The notes: generated from the letters alone by a model not told the origin. A stretch of 64,000 nucleotides of DNA from Octopus sinensis (GCF_006345805.1 NC_043019.1:32611360-32675359), one strand, 5' to 3'. Shown: positions 1-15,263, counted from the stretch's first letter. A program made the numbers and translations.

Positions 1-503
1 CATAAAAGACTTTTTCATTTCCAGAGTGTCAAACTAATACACTTGCTGTTGTTCACACCTGTCTTCATTTGGTTTTCTATAATTTCAAATATATATATAT
101 ATATATTATATATATATATATTATATACATATATATATATATAAGTATGTATGTATATATATATACATATATATATAAATTGTAGAAACTCTGCCAGATC
201 AGATTGGAGCCTGCTGCAGCCATCTGGCTCACCAGTCCCCAGTCAAACCATCCAACCCGTGCCAGCATGGAAAGCAGACGTTAAACGATGATGATGATGA
301 TGATATATATATATATATATTTGTGTGTATGATATATATATGTACATAAGTATGTATGAGTGTGTCTGTGTTTCTGTTAGGTAGATAAATAGATATAGAT
401 AGGTATTCATACATGTGGACATATAAATACACATAAATTATATAAATATATATTTATATGTATACACACACACACACACACATATTCCAGCATGCACACC
501 CAC

Positions 504-543
<40 letters not shown>

Positions 544-1599
544 AAAGAGGACAACAAATGCTAAGGCAGGACAAACATCTCAAGTCATATATGTTATTAT
601 TATAAGAAAAATTTAGGAAAATTTTTCTAATAATAATAATAACATATATCACTTGAGATGTTTCTCTTCTCTTGGTGTTTGTTGTCCTCTTTCACAGATA
701 TATGTCTGCTATATCAGAAATCTACAATGGTTCCATAACTCCTGTCTCGGCTATGAGCTTTGGAGCCCTGGTAATCCGTTACAGCACTTACCCCGCGTAC
801 CTAGTCATTTAGATCACCTGTGAACTAAACACCCATATTTTGTATGTATATATATCATTTACATAATATATGATATATATATATACATATATCATATATA
901 TATATATATATGTATATATATATTATATACATAGTATATATTATATGCATGTTATATATATATATATTATACATACATAGTATATATGTATATACGTATA
1001 TATATAATTTATACATATATATACACATATGCATATATATATATATATATAAATAATTTATACATATATATAATTTATATATATATAATTTATACACACA
1101 CACACATACATTTACACATATCAATGTTTTATTGATATATTAAACAAAACAACAATGTACATCATTTTTTTACTTACTGTGTATTTGTATTCTAGAATGT
1201 GTGCGTGTGAGAGAGAGAGAGAGAGTGAGTGAGAGAGAGAGGGAGTGAGCGAGAGAGGAGTGAGCGAGAGAGAGAGAGAGAGAGAGTGCCTGTGTTTATG
1301 TATGTGTTTGCATACAAATACTAAGAGAGGCTACACCAAGAAAACAATGCTAAGAAGAGGCATAAAGAAAATGTAAAGAAAGGCCACAAGAAACCACAAG
1401 AGTGAAGAAAAGGTGTTTGGGGGGAAAGTCAGAAAAAAATAAGTTGCATGTGCAGATATATGGCGTGTGTGTGTGTGTGTGTGTGTGAGACTGTCTATGG
1501 ATAAATATTTATGTATGGAGTATTCATATATATGTTCATATGTATGCACATCAGGACAAAAACATGCACACTATATGAGTGTGTTTGTGTATTTGCGTG

Positions 1600-1639
<40 letters not shown>

Positions 1640-1785
1640 TATATATATACACATATACATGTATATATACAAATATATGCGTGTATATATATATATGTAT
1701 ATATACATATATATATATACACACACATACCTATATATATCTATACATATATGTATATGTATGTGTGTGTGTGATATATTACTTG

Positions 1786-1852
<67 letters not shown>

Positions 1853-2558
1853 ATAGAATATATATGTAATATATAATGTATGTTTGTAAGCATGTGCATA
1901 TAAATTATATAATATATACACCTACAAATATATACATACACACGCACATAAATACTTGTATAAATATACACACATTATCCTTAAGCATCACATACATATA
2001 CATACATACATATGTACATACATACATACATACATACAAACATACATAGATGTTGCATGTACACACACAAGCAATTCATACACACACACACACCCCTCAC
2101 ACTCACACACATTACATACATTACTACAAAAAAACCTACAAAACACATCTTCATCATTTATTGATAGATATCCTGGCTTTTATCCAAAGTCGACTCTTAT
2201 AATGTTTGTTAGTTTCTACTGAGATTCTTGATATTTTTTTATATTTGCTTTTTTCTCTTTTTGGAGGTGATTTCTTTTTGTTTTTTTACCCTTTGGTTAT
2301 TGTTTGTGTGTTTGTATATTTTAGATTTATTTGACTTTGGCATTTCATACCAATGGAATACATACATATATACAAACATACATGTATGTGTAACAGTCCA
2401 TACATATATGTGTATGTACAACTCTGTGTGTGTGTGTATACACACACATATATATATATACACATGCATATATACATAATTATATATATATATACACACA
2501 TACATATATACATAATTATGTGTGCATGTGTATATATATATACATATATACATAAGTA

Positions 2559-2611
<53 letters not shown>

Positions 2612-2934
2612 AGTTGTTTTTTTCTTGAAACAGTCCAGATATGAAAGAAATTATCATTTTTCAGAATATATATCTCATCATTCTATCCCTGTACGCTGCG
2701 CATCGCCATCACTGGCATCTACATCTACACCAAGACCAACACTATTTTTACAACCACGACCACCACCAACAGTTACCTCACATTTCTTTGTCTCGAGAAT
2801 TTGGCCAAAGCTGGAGTATTTCTAGTTGTGAATGTAAGATTTACAGTTTTTTTTCACCTTTTTTCATTCTCCCTCTCTTTTTGATATATATATATATATA
2901 TGTGATATATAATTATTATTTATTATTATTATTA

Positions 2935-3475
2935 TTGAGTGAGAGAGCAAAGCATGCCATCAAAGTGACACTGGGGTACAAATATATGAAGCCTAGTAAA
3001 CCCATCATGCTTACCCGTTTGATAAAGGTACACCAGGCACATGCATCACAACCATATGTGTGTGATAATTTGACCTTCTATCAAAATGAACAGCACATGA
3101 CCTTGATGTTGGGGCTCAGTTTCTTCAGGCTGAGTAGCTCATCCAGCTCAAAAGGTCCCTGATTGAGAGTTGTTTAAGGATGTTGAACAAAACACATATG
3201 CTTACAGGGTGAATTATTCAAACCCCAAAGAATTCCTCTCAACACATGGCTATGATGCTCCCCAACTACTTCTGCTCATGATCAGAGATGCACATATTGT
3301 CAGCCACAAAGGGACATGTTCAACTGGTTAATGGCCAAACAACTGACAAGCAAATCTGTGGTATTGAGCAGAATATTTGCTGTAGCCCACCTTTTTATAC
3401 CAAAACAAAACAACGTACATGATAGCACTTCCAGTTAGTTAAGATCAGAAGCCATGCAAACCACTGCCTGGTAAT
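2935..3475. repeat. Unclassified interspersed repeat of about 520 bp (copies at about 41160-41665 and, inverted and partial, 24770-24985)
   Basis: Shared block aaccccaaagaat..ctcaacacatggctatgatgctccccaactacttctgctc..gatcagagatgcacatat..gtggtattgagcagaatatttgctgtagccc. Confidence 0.75.
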
Positions 3476-3564
3476 GCATTAATAACAGTTTGATTCAGTT
3501 CCATACAATTCAAAATTTCATAGGCTCAGTACACTTATCAGGCTTATAATGTATGTGTCTATGA

Positions 3565-4290
3565 ATCATCATCATCATCATCATCATCGTTTAACGTCCG
3601 TTCTCCATGCTAGCATGGGTTGGACGGTTTGACCGGGAATCTGAGAAGCCAGAAGGCTGCACCAGGCTCCGGTCTTATCTGGCAATGTTTCTACAGCTGG
3701 ATGCCCTTCCTAACGCCAACCACTCCGCGAGTGTAGTGGGTGCTTTTTACGTGCCACCTGCACTGTAATACATATATGTATGTATCTATCTATCTATATA
3801 TATATATGTATGTATATATATATGTATCTATCTATCTATATATATATATATGTATGTATATATATATGTATCTATATATATATATGTATGTATGTATATA
3901 TATATGTATGTATGTATGTATATATATATATATATTGTAAATACATACACACACACATGCATCATCATAATCATCATCATTTTTAACATCTGTTGTCCAA
4001 GCTGGCAAGGGTTGGACAGTTTGACTAGGCTGGCATGCTGGAAGGCTGCACTAGACTCCAGTCTGATTTGGCATGATTTTCAACGGCTGGAATGCCCTTC
4101 CTAATGCCAACCACTCTGAGAGTGTAATGGGTGTTTTTATGTGCCACCGACACGGGTGTCATATGTGTGACACCGATATCTGCCATGAGTGTGATTTTGC
4201 TCGGCTTGATGGGTCTTCTTCTCAAGCACGGCATAATGCCAAAGGTCTCAGTCATTGCTTCCGTGAGGCCCAACACTTGAAAGGAACTTG
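3565..4290 (-). mobile_element. Two short RTE-tail copies separated by (TA)/(TATG)n
   Basis: Both carry the (cat)n-ttaacgtcc...gcatgggttggac...gatgcccttcctaacgccaaccactc signature. More copies lie near 200-300, 5829-6115, 7080-7440, 8700-9010, 14050-14390, 34740-34870 and 36230-36500. Confidence 0.7.
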
Positions 4291-4590
4291 ACCACTTTGT
4301 CCCCATGGGATAATACCATACAAAATTCTGGTGTCTTTGACTTAAGTACCATAGTCATCTGAATCTAAATTTTGCTGAACTTATATATATATCTAACTCT
4401 CATGTTATAGGAGGTTGAATTTAGAAGTGGTTCAGAGGAAGGATCAGAGTGAGTCAGTCCATAAATTTAAATTTCATTTATTTTATAGAGGTCATGGAAT
4501 GAAGGGACTAATTGTAACTGATGAAATTGCTGGTTTATGGATTTGATATTTAGAAATAATGTCATTCAATTAAAACTATAATTATCAGTA

Positions 4591-5050
4591 TGAGGTCGTA
4601 TCAAAAGGGTTCCAGGACTAATTATGTTTAAGAAAAAAAAGCTTATTTACCTAAGTTTTAACATCATTTCCTTTGAAATAATCAACTTGCACAGCAATAC
4701 ACTGGTCCCAGTGTTCCTTCCACTTTTGGAATTCGGCCTGGAAGTTGTTTTTCATAAGTGAGTCAAAGACCTTCTGCGATTTGCTTTCGATCTTGACAAT
4801 GGTGTTAAAATGGTGACCTTGAGCTGCATTTTCATCTTGGGGAAATGATTGAAGTCCGCAGGTGTGGAAATGATACCGTGTTGTTTTTGATGAGAAACTC
4901 ATGAATGAGGGGTGCTCAGTGACAGGGTGCATTGTCATCATGAAGAATCTAAGTCTTTGCACTTCACAGATCCGGTTGCTTTTGCTGAAAGTTCTCCCTC
5001 AGATGCTTCAAAATGTCATAGTAGAACTCTTCAGTCTGGTCCCAGAGGAC
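4591..5050 (-). mobile_element. Mariner transposase 3' relic with one TIR
   Basis: Degenerate DNAPxH and YSPDL..CDF motifs, then WKEHWDQCIAVQVDYFKG. A TIR-like tgaggtcgtatcaaaag follows TA at 4589-4590. Confidence 0.75.
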
Positions 5051-6484
5051 AAATCCTTGATATACCACATTTTTGGGTGTAGCATGTGTGAATGCATGTA
5101 TGCGCAAGTGTGCATGTGCGTGTGTGTTCTTATTTTGAGAGTGAATGCCTTTCTAATCTCTCTTTTACTCTTTTTATCTTTTACATGTTTCATTCATTTG
5201 ACTGCAGTCATGCTGGAGCACCGCCTTTAGTCGAGCAAATCGACCCCAGGATTTATTCTTTGTAAGCCTAGTACTTATTCTATCGGTCTCTTTTGACGAA
5301 CCGCTAAGTGACGGGGACGTAAACACACCAACATCGGTTGTCAAGCAATGGGGACATAAACACACTAGCATCGGTTGTCAAATGATGTGGAGGGGGGGAG
5401 GGGCAAACACAGACACACACACAAACATACACACACACATACATACATATACACATATATGCGACGGGCTTCTTTCAGTTTCCGTCAACCAAATCCACTC
5501 ACAAAGCTTTGGTCAGCCCAAGGCTATAGTAGAAGACACTTGCCCAAGGTGTCACGCAGTGGGACTGAACCCTGAACCATGTGGTTGGTAAACAAGCTAC
5601 TTACCATACAGCCACTCCTGTGCCTATGCATTCTCTAATTGCATTTCTCATAAAGTGGTGCAGCTGTCAGTCTTGTATTGGTGAATCAATTAATTAATTC
5701 TCAAAGCATCGGACAAAGTATTATGTTCTATTTTCTGGTAGGGAGGCATTCAAATAGATTTCTTCTGCATGTCTCTTAATAAGCTTCAATACAAGCAGAG
5801 ACAAGAATCTACTTCATGTCATATAAGCATCATCATCATCATCATCATCATCGTTTAACGTCCGTTTTCCCTGCTAGCATGGGTTGGACGGTTCGACTGG
5901 GGTCTGGAAGCCAGGAGGCTGCACCAGGCTCCAATCTGATCTGGCAGTGTTTCTACAGTTTGATGCCCTTCCTAACGCCAACCACTTCCTGAGTGTAGTG
6001 GGTGTTTTTTACGTGCCACCGGCACAGGGGCCAGAGGATGTTGGCAAACGGCCACGATCGGTTGGTGCTTTTACGTGCTACCGACACAGATGCCAGTCAG
6101 GCGGCGCTGGCATCTCGTGTTTTTAATTTTTTTACTAGTTACAGTCAATGAACTGAGACTATGCTGAAGCACTACCCAATTATACTGACCATAGTACATG
6201 TTATGTATATTTTCTTGACTGCTTCCTAGCTACATGGTTTCAGGTTCAGTCCCACTGCGTGGCACTTTGGGTAGGTGTCTTCCACTATAGCCCCGAGCCG
6301 ACCGGAGCTTTGTGATTGAATTTGGTAGGTGGAAGTTACTGCCGTGTGTGTATATGTGCGTGTAGGTGCTTGTGCCTCTCCGAAAGAGAGAGAGGGGAGA
6401 AAGATAAAAATGGCAAAGTGGACATGGACTCAAAGTGGGACTAAATCCAGAATCTATAGATATCACCTATACGAGATAGAATAC

Positions 6485-7070
6485 AATCATAAAACAAAAC
6501 ATATAAATCTACAAATGCACTAACTCCAAATACTGCACATATACACACACACATGGCACAAATACCCTGTTGTTGATGTTGAAATTTCAATGATGGAGGC
6601 TTGGACCTTTGTTAGAAGCTGGCTCTTTCTATTGGCAAGAAATCTCGAAATAAAACTAAATAATGACATACATACATAAATGTATACATACATTGTGATA
6701 CTGGGATATGTAACACACTGTCTAGATACCAATCTCGAGAAATTAGGTTTCTCAAAACCAGAAAAGAGAAAGCTGATTTGAAGATTACAGAGCCAAGCCA
6801 TTGCTGGAACTGTAAAAATCTGTGAAACTTTCCAGAAGTTTATCATTTAAGTATCTAAGAGCATGTCTAGATATTCAAGTATGTGCACATAAAACAAAAC
6901 ATAAAAATCTGCACATGCAGTAATTCCAAATACCGCACATATACACATATATATATGCAAAAAACCCCGTTGATGTTGTTGAAATTCGAATGAAGGAGCC
7001 TTAGATCTAGGTTAGAAACTGGATCTTTCTCTACTGGCAAGAAACCTTGAGATAAAATTGAATAATGACG
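6485..7070. repeat. Two adjacent copies of a short interspersed repeat (third, inverted copy about 8120-8230)
   Basis: gttgatgttgaaatt..aatga.ggag.cttgga....gttagaa.ctgg.tctttct.t..tggcaagaaa.ct.ga repeated. Confidence 0.65.
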
Positions 7071-9024
7071 AGCATTATCATTACCAGTGTTGTCTTACTG
7101 GCACTTGTGCCGGTGGCACGTGAACAAAACATTCGAGCAAGGTCATTGCCAGTGCCGCTGGACTGACTCCTGTGCAGGTGGCACGTAAAAAACACCATTT
7201 CGAGCGTGGCTGTTGCCTGTACCCCCAGACTGGCCCTTGTGCCAGTGGCATGTAAAAGCACCCATTACACTCTCAGAGTGGTTGGCGCTAGGAAGGGCAT
7301 CCAGCAGTAGAAACACTGCCAGATAAGATTGGAGTCTGGCGCAGCCATCTGGTTGCCACTCCTCAGTCAAATCGTCCAACCCATGCTGGCATGGAAAGCA
7401 GATGTTAAATGATGATGATGATGATGATGATGATAATGATACATACATACATATATGCATAGATACACACATGCGTGCATAGACCGAAAGCTTTTCAGTT
7501 GGTAGATTGCAAACAAGTCATCAATATTTATTCAGTAACTTCACAGAGCATTTCAACATCTGAGCTTGCAACGCGTGTGATGTATATTCCTACAAAACTA
7601 TAACATCCTAGAAAAACAGGCACTAAAAAGTAACGACATAGATGATGATGATGATGATGCTGATAATGATGGCAACGACAAACCCCCCAACGCTTACCAT
7701 AACAACGACTGTGAAAGCTGGTTGCCTGGAGGTAAAACAAAAGTAACTAACAACCTTATACTGCCTTTGTTTTCTCAAGCTGTCAAATGAATGGCTCTGA
7801 TTTACATACAAAACCATTATCATTTCCCTTTGAGCAATTGTGAGGAAAATTAGGTGTAAAATAAATATCATGTTTTGATTTCTGAATAAATATATTCTTT
7901 AATGTTTCACAATATCGTTTACTTTACGAAAATCTGCAGAATCCAGTTGAATTCTTCAAATGAATCATGTAGTGTTTCTAAATGAATATATGTTACACTG
8001 ACTTCTCAAAAGCGTTTGTACATTGTTGAATACAACATGTATGTATGTACGTATGTATCTATGTATATATGTATGTATGTATGCATGTATGTGCTTGTGT
8101 GTATGTGTGTATGTATGTATGTCATTGTTCAGTATTATTTCAAGATTTCTTGCCAATAGAGAAAGACCCGGTTTCTAATCTACATCCAAGGCTCCTTGAC
8201 TGGAATTTCAACATGAACAACAGGGTATTTTTGTTTGTATGTATGTATGTATGTGTGTGTGTATGAATGTATGTATGTATGTATGTATGTACGTATGTAT
8301 GTATGTATGTATTTGTATATGTAGCATGTATTTATGAATGCATTTATATATGTATGTACATATGTAGGTATGTGCATATATAAGTATGTGCATATGTATG
8401 CATGTATGTATGTATATGTATATATATATACATGTATGTAAGGATTTGCGTATGTATGCATGTATGTATGTTTTTATGTATGTATTTATATATATATTTC
8501 TTAAGTCTGTCTGTATGTATGTTCATACATATATATATATGCCATCATCATCATCATCATCATTTAGAGGCCAATAGAATAAGTACTAGGCTTACAAAGA
8601 GTAAGTCCTGGGGTCGATTTGCTTGACTGAAGGCAGTGCTCCAGCATGGCCACAGTCAAATGACTGAAACAAGTAAAAGAGTTAAAAGTGAAAGAGTTGT
8701 ATCTAGTTGTATCATCTGCTTTCCATGCTGGCATGGGTTGGACAGTGGACTGAAACTGGTACGCTGGATTGGCTGCACCAGGTTCCAGTCTGATTTGCCA
8801 TGGTTTCTAAGGCTGGATGTCCTTCCTAATGCCAACCACTCCAAGAGTGTAGTGGGTGCTATCAACGTGCCACCCACACAAGTGCCAGTCGTATGACCCC
8901 AGCATTGGCCACAACAATGATTTCCCTTGGCTATTTGGGTCTTCTCAAGCACAGCATATCGCCAATGGTCACGGTCACGTATCATTACCTCCATGAGGCC
9001 CAATATTTGAAGTGTGTCTTTTAA

Positions 9025-9245
9025 CCCTTTAGTGTTCAGATTATTCTGTTAAATGTAATACTTTTTCACTCAAATTGTTTTGAATTAATCATGCATTATC
9101 TTACAGCTTTGAGGTTTCAATGATGTGATTGGTTATTTTATGAATGTCAATGTAGGTTAGGTGTGAGAGGCTAGATATGGCTAGTTCAAATATAAAACAT
9201 GTAGAATATTTTGGGCTGGATGTGGTCGGTTTAAACACTGAAGGG
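9025..9245. mobile_element. piggyBac-type MITE
   Basis: TTAA on both sides; TIRs CCCTTTAGTGTT / AACACTGAAGGG. Confidence 0.75.
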
Positions 9246-9762
9246 TTAAGTGTCACTGGCACAGGTGCCAGTGTGATTTTTCCTTGAGTTTTATTTAAAT
9301 TTTTCAAGAACCTTCTACCCTATTCTTGCCTAAAATGAAACACCATAGAATTAAACCCAAGAGCCAAATGTTAAGGAACGTACATGTTTATGAAGAAAAT
9401 TTCTTATTCACATAAGAACAGTTTTTCTGTTTCTTTTAGATTTCTATAATATCGCTTCTAACACTTGCGCCATCAAAATAAACTATGGCATTTTTGTGAC
9501 ACAACTGTAACACACACAGTCATGCATGCACATGCACACACACACAGTGTACACAATAACCATCAGCAAAGCAATTGTAAATAGAAATAAAAATGGGGCG
9601 ATGACATTTTGGAAATAAATGAACATTTAATTTTCCATTAAGCTGATTTATGTAAATACAGTGTAACATAACATCTTGAAATGAATGAAATATTTAATTT
9701 CTAAAATGAGCTGATTCTGCAAATGCACTGCATTGCATACATTAAGACGTAAACACACACAT

Positions 9763-9804
<42 letters not shown>

Positions 9805-9899
9805 AAATTGTGTGCATGCATGTATAATTGTTTGTGTGTGTACATACGCATGCACACACATACATGCATATATAGATAAACAGATACATACATATGTAC

Positions 9900-9977
<78 letters not shown>

Positions 9978-9985
9978 TATGTAGG

Positions 9986-10029
<44 letters not shown>

Positions 10030-10145
10030 CTATATATATATATATACATTATATATATCTAAACGTTAAACAATGATGACGATGATGATATATAATATAT
10101 ACATTCATATATATAAATATATTATATATGTGTATGCATGTATGC

Positions 10146-10209
<64 letters not shown>

Positions 10210-10569
10210 CATATCTAAGTATTAATTACATGTATATTTGTGGTTGTACACAAATGTGTGGCTATATATATGTGTATTTATTCATGTATGTGTAAGTGTG
10301 TATATATATATATATATATATGCTAGTATATAGTCATGTAGATATATGTGTGTATTTATTTGTGTAGGTGTATTTATATATATGTATAATTTTATGTGTG
10401 TGTGTGTGCATGTATATGTACATGAATATATATATATATATGTATGTTTGTTAGCATATTTGTATGAATGTACATATATATTCACATACTCACACATACA
10501 CACAAAAAAAACACAAGATGCATGGACACATGCACATTATATTACATATATACATATATAGTCATAAAT

Positions 10570-10629
<60 letters not shown>

Positions 10630-10711
10630 AGAGAGACTCACACCCATTACACACACATATATAACCAGCAAGCAGCTTCTGGCTTTGTGATAAAGCTTTG
10701 AGCCAAATCTT

Positions 10712-10724
10712 GTTGCCAGGCAAC
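10712..10724. promoter_or_regulatory. Perfect palindromic RFX X-box-type motif GTTGCC-A-GGCAAC
   Basis: Exact fit to GTNRCC-N(0-3)-RGYAAC in apparently non-repeat sequence. Function not shown. Confidence 0.35.
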
Positions 10725-11552
10725 TATTAGCATGGAATAGGAATAGAGAAGCAGTGTTTCATTTAATCAATTCTTTGGAATCACCTAATGAACAAGTTTA
10801 TTGACTAGAAAGCTCATTTATAAGATACTGCATAAATTATAACATACTGCATAAATTATTCTAATGAGATCTAAAATTTACAGGTGAAAGCCATCCACCA
10901 GTGGTACTTCAAACACTGGGGTGTGAAAGTCAGGCAAAACATACACATAAATATATACAAATTCATACACACACACACACATGTATGTAGACACATGCTG
11001 TAATATAATATATTGTAATATACACACACATATAACTAGCTGGCACTCTGGTGGTCATGATGAGAAGGGTTCCAGTTGGTCTGAGGACCGATCAATGGAA
11101 AAGCCTGTGAAAATGACACAGAAGTGGCTGAGTACTCCACAGACATGCATACCTTTAAATGTAGTTTTCAGGAAGATTCAGTGTGACACAAAATGTGATG
11201 TGGTTGGCCCTTTGAAATACAGGTACAACACATTTTTGCCAGGTGAGTGGACGAGAGCAAAGTGAAATAAAGTGTCTTGCTCAAGAACACAATATGGTGC
11301 CAGGAATTGAACTGATGACCTTATGATTATGAGCCAAATACTCTAACTACTAAGCCATGAGCTGTCACATACATACATACATACATGCATACATACATAC
11401 ATACATACATACATACATACATACATACATACATACATACATACATACATACATACATACATACTACATACATATATATATATATTATATATATTAGAAA
11501 TATATAGTATACATCATATGTATATGTGTGGGTGTGGATATATAAGTGTATA

Positions 11553-11601
<49 letters not shown>

Positions 11602-12019
11602 ATATATTATATATATATATATATAAAAACCCGTTCAGTCATGAATGACCATGGGATTACACCTAGGAAGTGTTCCCCTCCCCCAGAGCACAAGTCTGGG
11701 TAAGGTTGTTTATGGAAGACCAGCAGTTACCCATGAATACAAGCCACCTCTCTCTCCGCCACCGATGTTATCTAAAGGGAAGGCAAAGGCTGATATGACT
11801 TGGCACAAGTAACATCGCAACTCATTTCTACAGAAGATTGAACTGGACCAACAGCCATGCTTGGGAATCGAACTCACTGCCTTATGATTGTGAGCATAAC
11901 ACTCTAACCACTGAGCCATGTGCCTTCAGACATATATATATGCATACACACACACATATATGTATGTGTATATGTATGTGTGTATGTATGTGTGTGCGTG
12001 TGTATATAAATATATATAT

Positions 12020-12585
12020 ACCGGATGCGATGGGCAAATTGTTGCCATTTCATATCTTCAATTTCGTGCATGCACATTGTTTTTGATTTTCCCGACTACA
12101 CAGTATAGTAGGGTCAGCTGGACACTGTCTGTGAGAAAACAGCACCATGACACAATTCACTCTGCCATGAATTTGAAAACAACATGCTGTACTGCTTGGT
12201 ATTCATGGCAGAAACTCCAATACAGACCTTTCGGAGTGTTTGGGTGTCAATCTGAGGATAGTGCAGAGGATTCGGAAAGTGTAGGAGGAGTCTAATGGTG
12301 ATTACAAAGGTACAGCAGCTCGGAAAACTCACTCTGATCATTCTGATAAGAAAAGAACTCCTGAATTTGTTGGTGAGATCCAGGCCATGATTGACAATGA
12401 TCCCTCCAAGTCAATCAGGTCCATCACCAGGAGCATGGGAGTGTCTGAGTTTCTTATCAGGCAGGTAGAGCATGAAAACATTCAGTATTCCTCATACAAA
12501 ATGAGACAGGACCTATTTTTATCCCAAGCCATAAAGGACAAGAGGAAAGACCGTGCTACAAAGCTTTTAAACAAGCTCAAGCATC
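12020..12585 (+). mobile_element. Tc1/mariner-superfamily 5' relic (HTH DNA-binding region), truncated by a SINE
   Basis: RTPEFVGEIQAMIDNDPSKSIRSITRSMGVSEFLIRQV...YKMRQDLFLSQAIKDKRKDRATKLLNKLKH; starts after a TA tract. Confidence 0.7.
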
Positions 12586-13537
12586 AGTTGTCAAGCGATG
12601 TTGTGGGGACAAACACAGACATACATAGATATATATACACTCACAAGGCTTTGGTCGGCCCAAGGTGCCACACAGTGGGACTGAACCCAGAACCATGTGG
12701 TTAGTAAGCACTTACCACACAGCCACTCCTACAAAGTTTTTATTATTTTCAGATTTAACAGGATCAACAGCTGTGCAGCTTGAAAGAAAAGTGGTAACAT
12801 AAGCATTAAACACACCTATGAAAGTGTGACCACACCTGTTGACCATCAGAGAGTTTCTGTTGATGTCATAGTGCCATTGCCTACTAGCACAAGATAATCC
12901 ATAACTTAGTGGGTCCTCAATGTTGAGGATTTTGACAATAGCTGGGTCACCAGACCGGTAGAACAGCAAACATTCCAGTCAGGTGGGATAAAATCTAGGG
13001 CAAAGCACGTGTGTCAAGCAGTAACATATAATATATATGAAATGTAATATGGTCTTTTGTCTTTTGCTCGTTTCAGTCATTGAACTGTGGCCATGCTGGA
13101 GCACTGCCTTGAAGAGTTTAACCAACTCCAACACTTTTTGTTTTTGTAAGTCTGGTACTTGTACTATTTGTATCTTTGGCTGAACTGCTAATGTACAGAG
13201 ATGGAAACAAACCAACACCAGTTGTCAAGCGATCGCAGGGTAATAAACAATCACAAGGAACATACACACACAGACACACACAGACACACACACAAACACA
13301 CACATACATATGTTGAGCTTCTTTCCATTTCTGTCTGTCAAGGCTTTGGTCAGTCTCAGACAGTGCTACACAAGTAGGACTGAACCCAAGGCCACATGGT
13401 TGGGAAGCAAGATTCTTAACCTCACAGTGACACCTTTGTGCCTATGTAATATATATATTAATATATATAAATATATATTTAAGTCTCAATATATGTATTC
13501 AAGTAATCAGGTAATACTCATAAAGAAAGCTCCTTAA

Positions 13538-13758
13538 CCCTTTCTATACGAACACGGCTGAAACCGTCTCTGGCTCTGTAGTACAAATGACTTCTTTCCA
13601 TAAGTTTTGAATTAAAATCTTCCACCAAACGTTAGTCACAATTTATGTTCCTAACCCTAGCTTAATGATAACTAAGTTATTTTATTAAATTGTTTGTTAT
13701 ATTTAAAGTAATTGAAAGAAATACAGAGCATCTCAAAATAAATATGGTAATGAAAGGG
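13538..13758. mobile_element. piggyBac-type MITE, second family; a partial inverted copy lies at about 57186-57315
   Basis: TTAA|CCCTTT...AAAGGG|TTAA; internal sequence shared with the 57186 copy. Confidence 0.7.
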
Positions 13759-15019
13759 TTAATGTATCATTGTAGAAATTATTTAGTAATATACAAGAGA
13801 AAAGGATAAGACTTTTTTTCACTTCACAATGTAGATATAATATAAATTATTTACGTTTTTAAGTTACAAACAATTTGTCATGATATTAGAATTTTGAATT
13901 TTTTCTTATTGTTGAATAAAAGTTCATCAAAATATTACTCTGACTTTATATCACCTCCTACAATGTACCCTATGTTATAGCAAGACATCTGTTTCTGCCT
14001 TTCTGTCTCTTTGTCACCCTTTCGTCCTTCGACATGAGTTCCCCTCCTCAAATGCCCCTACCCCTCTCATAATTCCTTGTCTTGCGAGGTACTTGGTGAC
14101 CCTGCCAGTGTTGGTGCCATGTAAAAAGCATCCAGTCCAAACTGTAAAGTGGATGGCATTTGGAAGGACATCCAGCTGTAAAAATCATGCCAAAACTAAC
14201 CCCACTTGTGCCAGTGCCACGTGAAAAGCACTGAATCCTCTCTACTGAGTGGTTGGTGTTAGGAAGGGCAACCAGCAATTAAAATCCTACCAAAACAGAC
14301 AGAATAACATAAGGTAATTTTTCTACCTGGCCAGTCCCTGTGAACCATCCTACTCATGCATGCATGGAAGATGGATGTTAACGATGATGATGACCTTTGA
14401 GTCTTACTGACTCCCTTACCTTTTATAACCTATATATATATGACTTTTTATTTCTTTCTGGAGCCAAAACAATGTGAATTATAAGAGATAAAACACACTA
14501 GAGAACAGAGAAGTTAGTTCACAACACCTTGTCTCCTAATCTTTCCTGAAGAAGGGATCCTAAGCCCAAAATATTGAAACACAAAGTTAAAGTACAGCTC
14601 ATTAACTTATATTATTTCTCACAGCACCCACTGTTTTAGGCTTTAAAACAAAAATGAAAAACATTTATATAATATACATACATACATATATTATTGTAAC
14701 AGAAGAAATGACTACTTACCCATCATTAACCTGTCAGCCTATTTCTGGGCGAAACTGGTCACTAACCTCTTTATAGTTTGAATATATGTCATACAAAACA
14801 ATGGTACCATCTCTCTCATTCTCTCTCTCTCTCTATCTATCTTACCCCATTTCATTCTTTCTTTCACTCTCTCCATCTCTTGCTCCCTGCTTTTTCTCTC
14901 TGTATCTCCTTCACTAACCAGAGGTAGTAAAAAGAAATTCTCTATTATTAGGCGAGGCGGGTGGTCAAGACATTGTTTTTAATATTCTGTCTAGTTATCA
15001 TTATATATATATATATAAT

Positions 15020-15067
<48 letters not shown>

Positions 15068-15227
15068 CAAGATAGATAGATAGATATAAACAGATATAAA
15101 TATATACATAGACACTCGCATACACACACACACACATGCATATACACACACATACATATGCATATTTTTCACGTTTTTGTTTTTATTGTCATCATCATCA
15201 CCATCCTTCTTCTTCTTCTTCTTCTTC

Positions 15228-15263
<36 letters not shown>

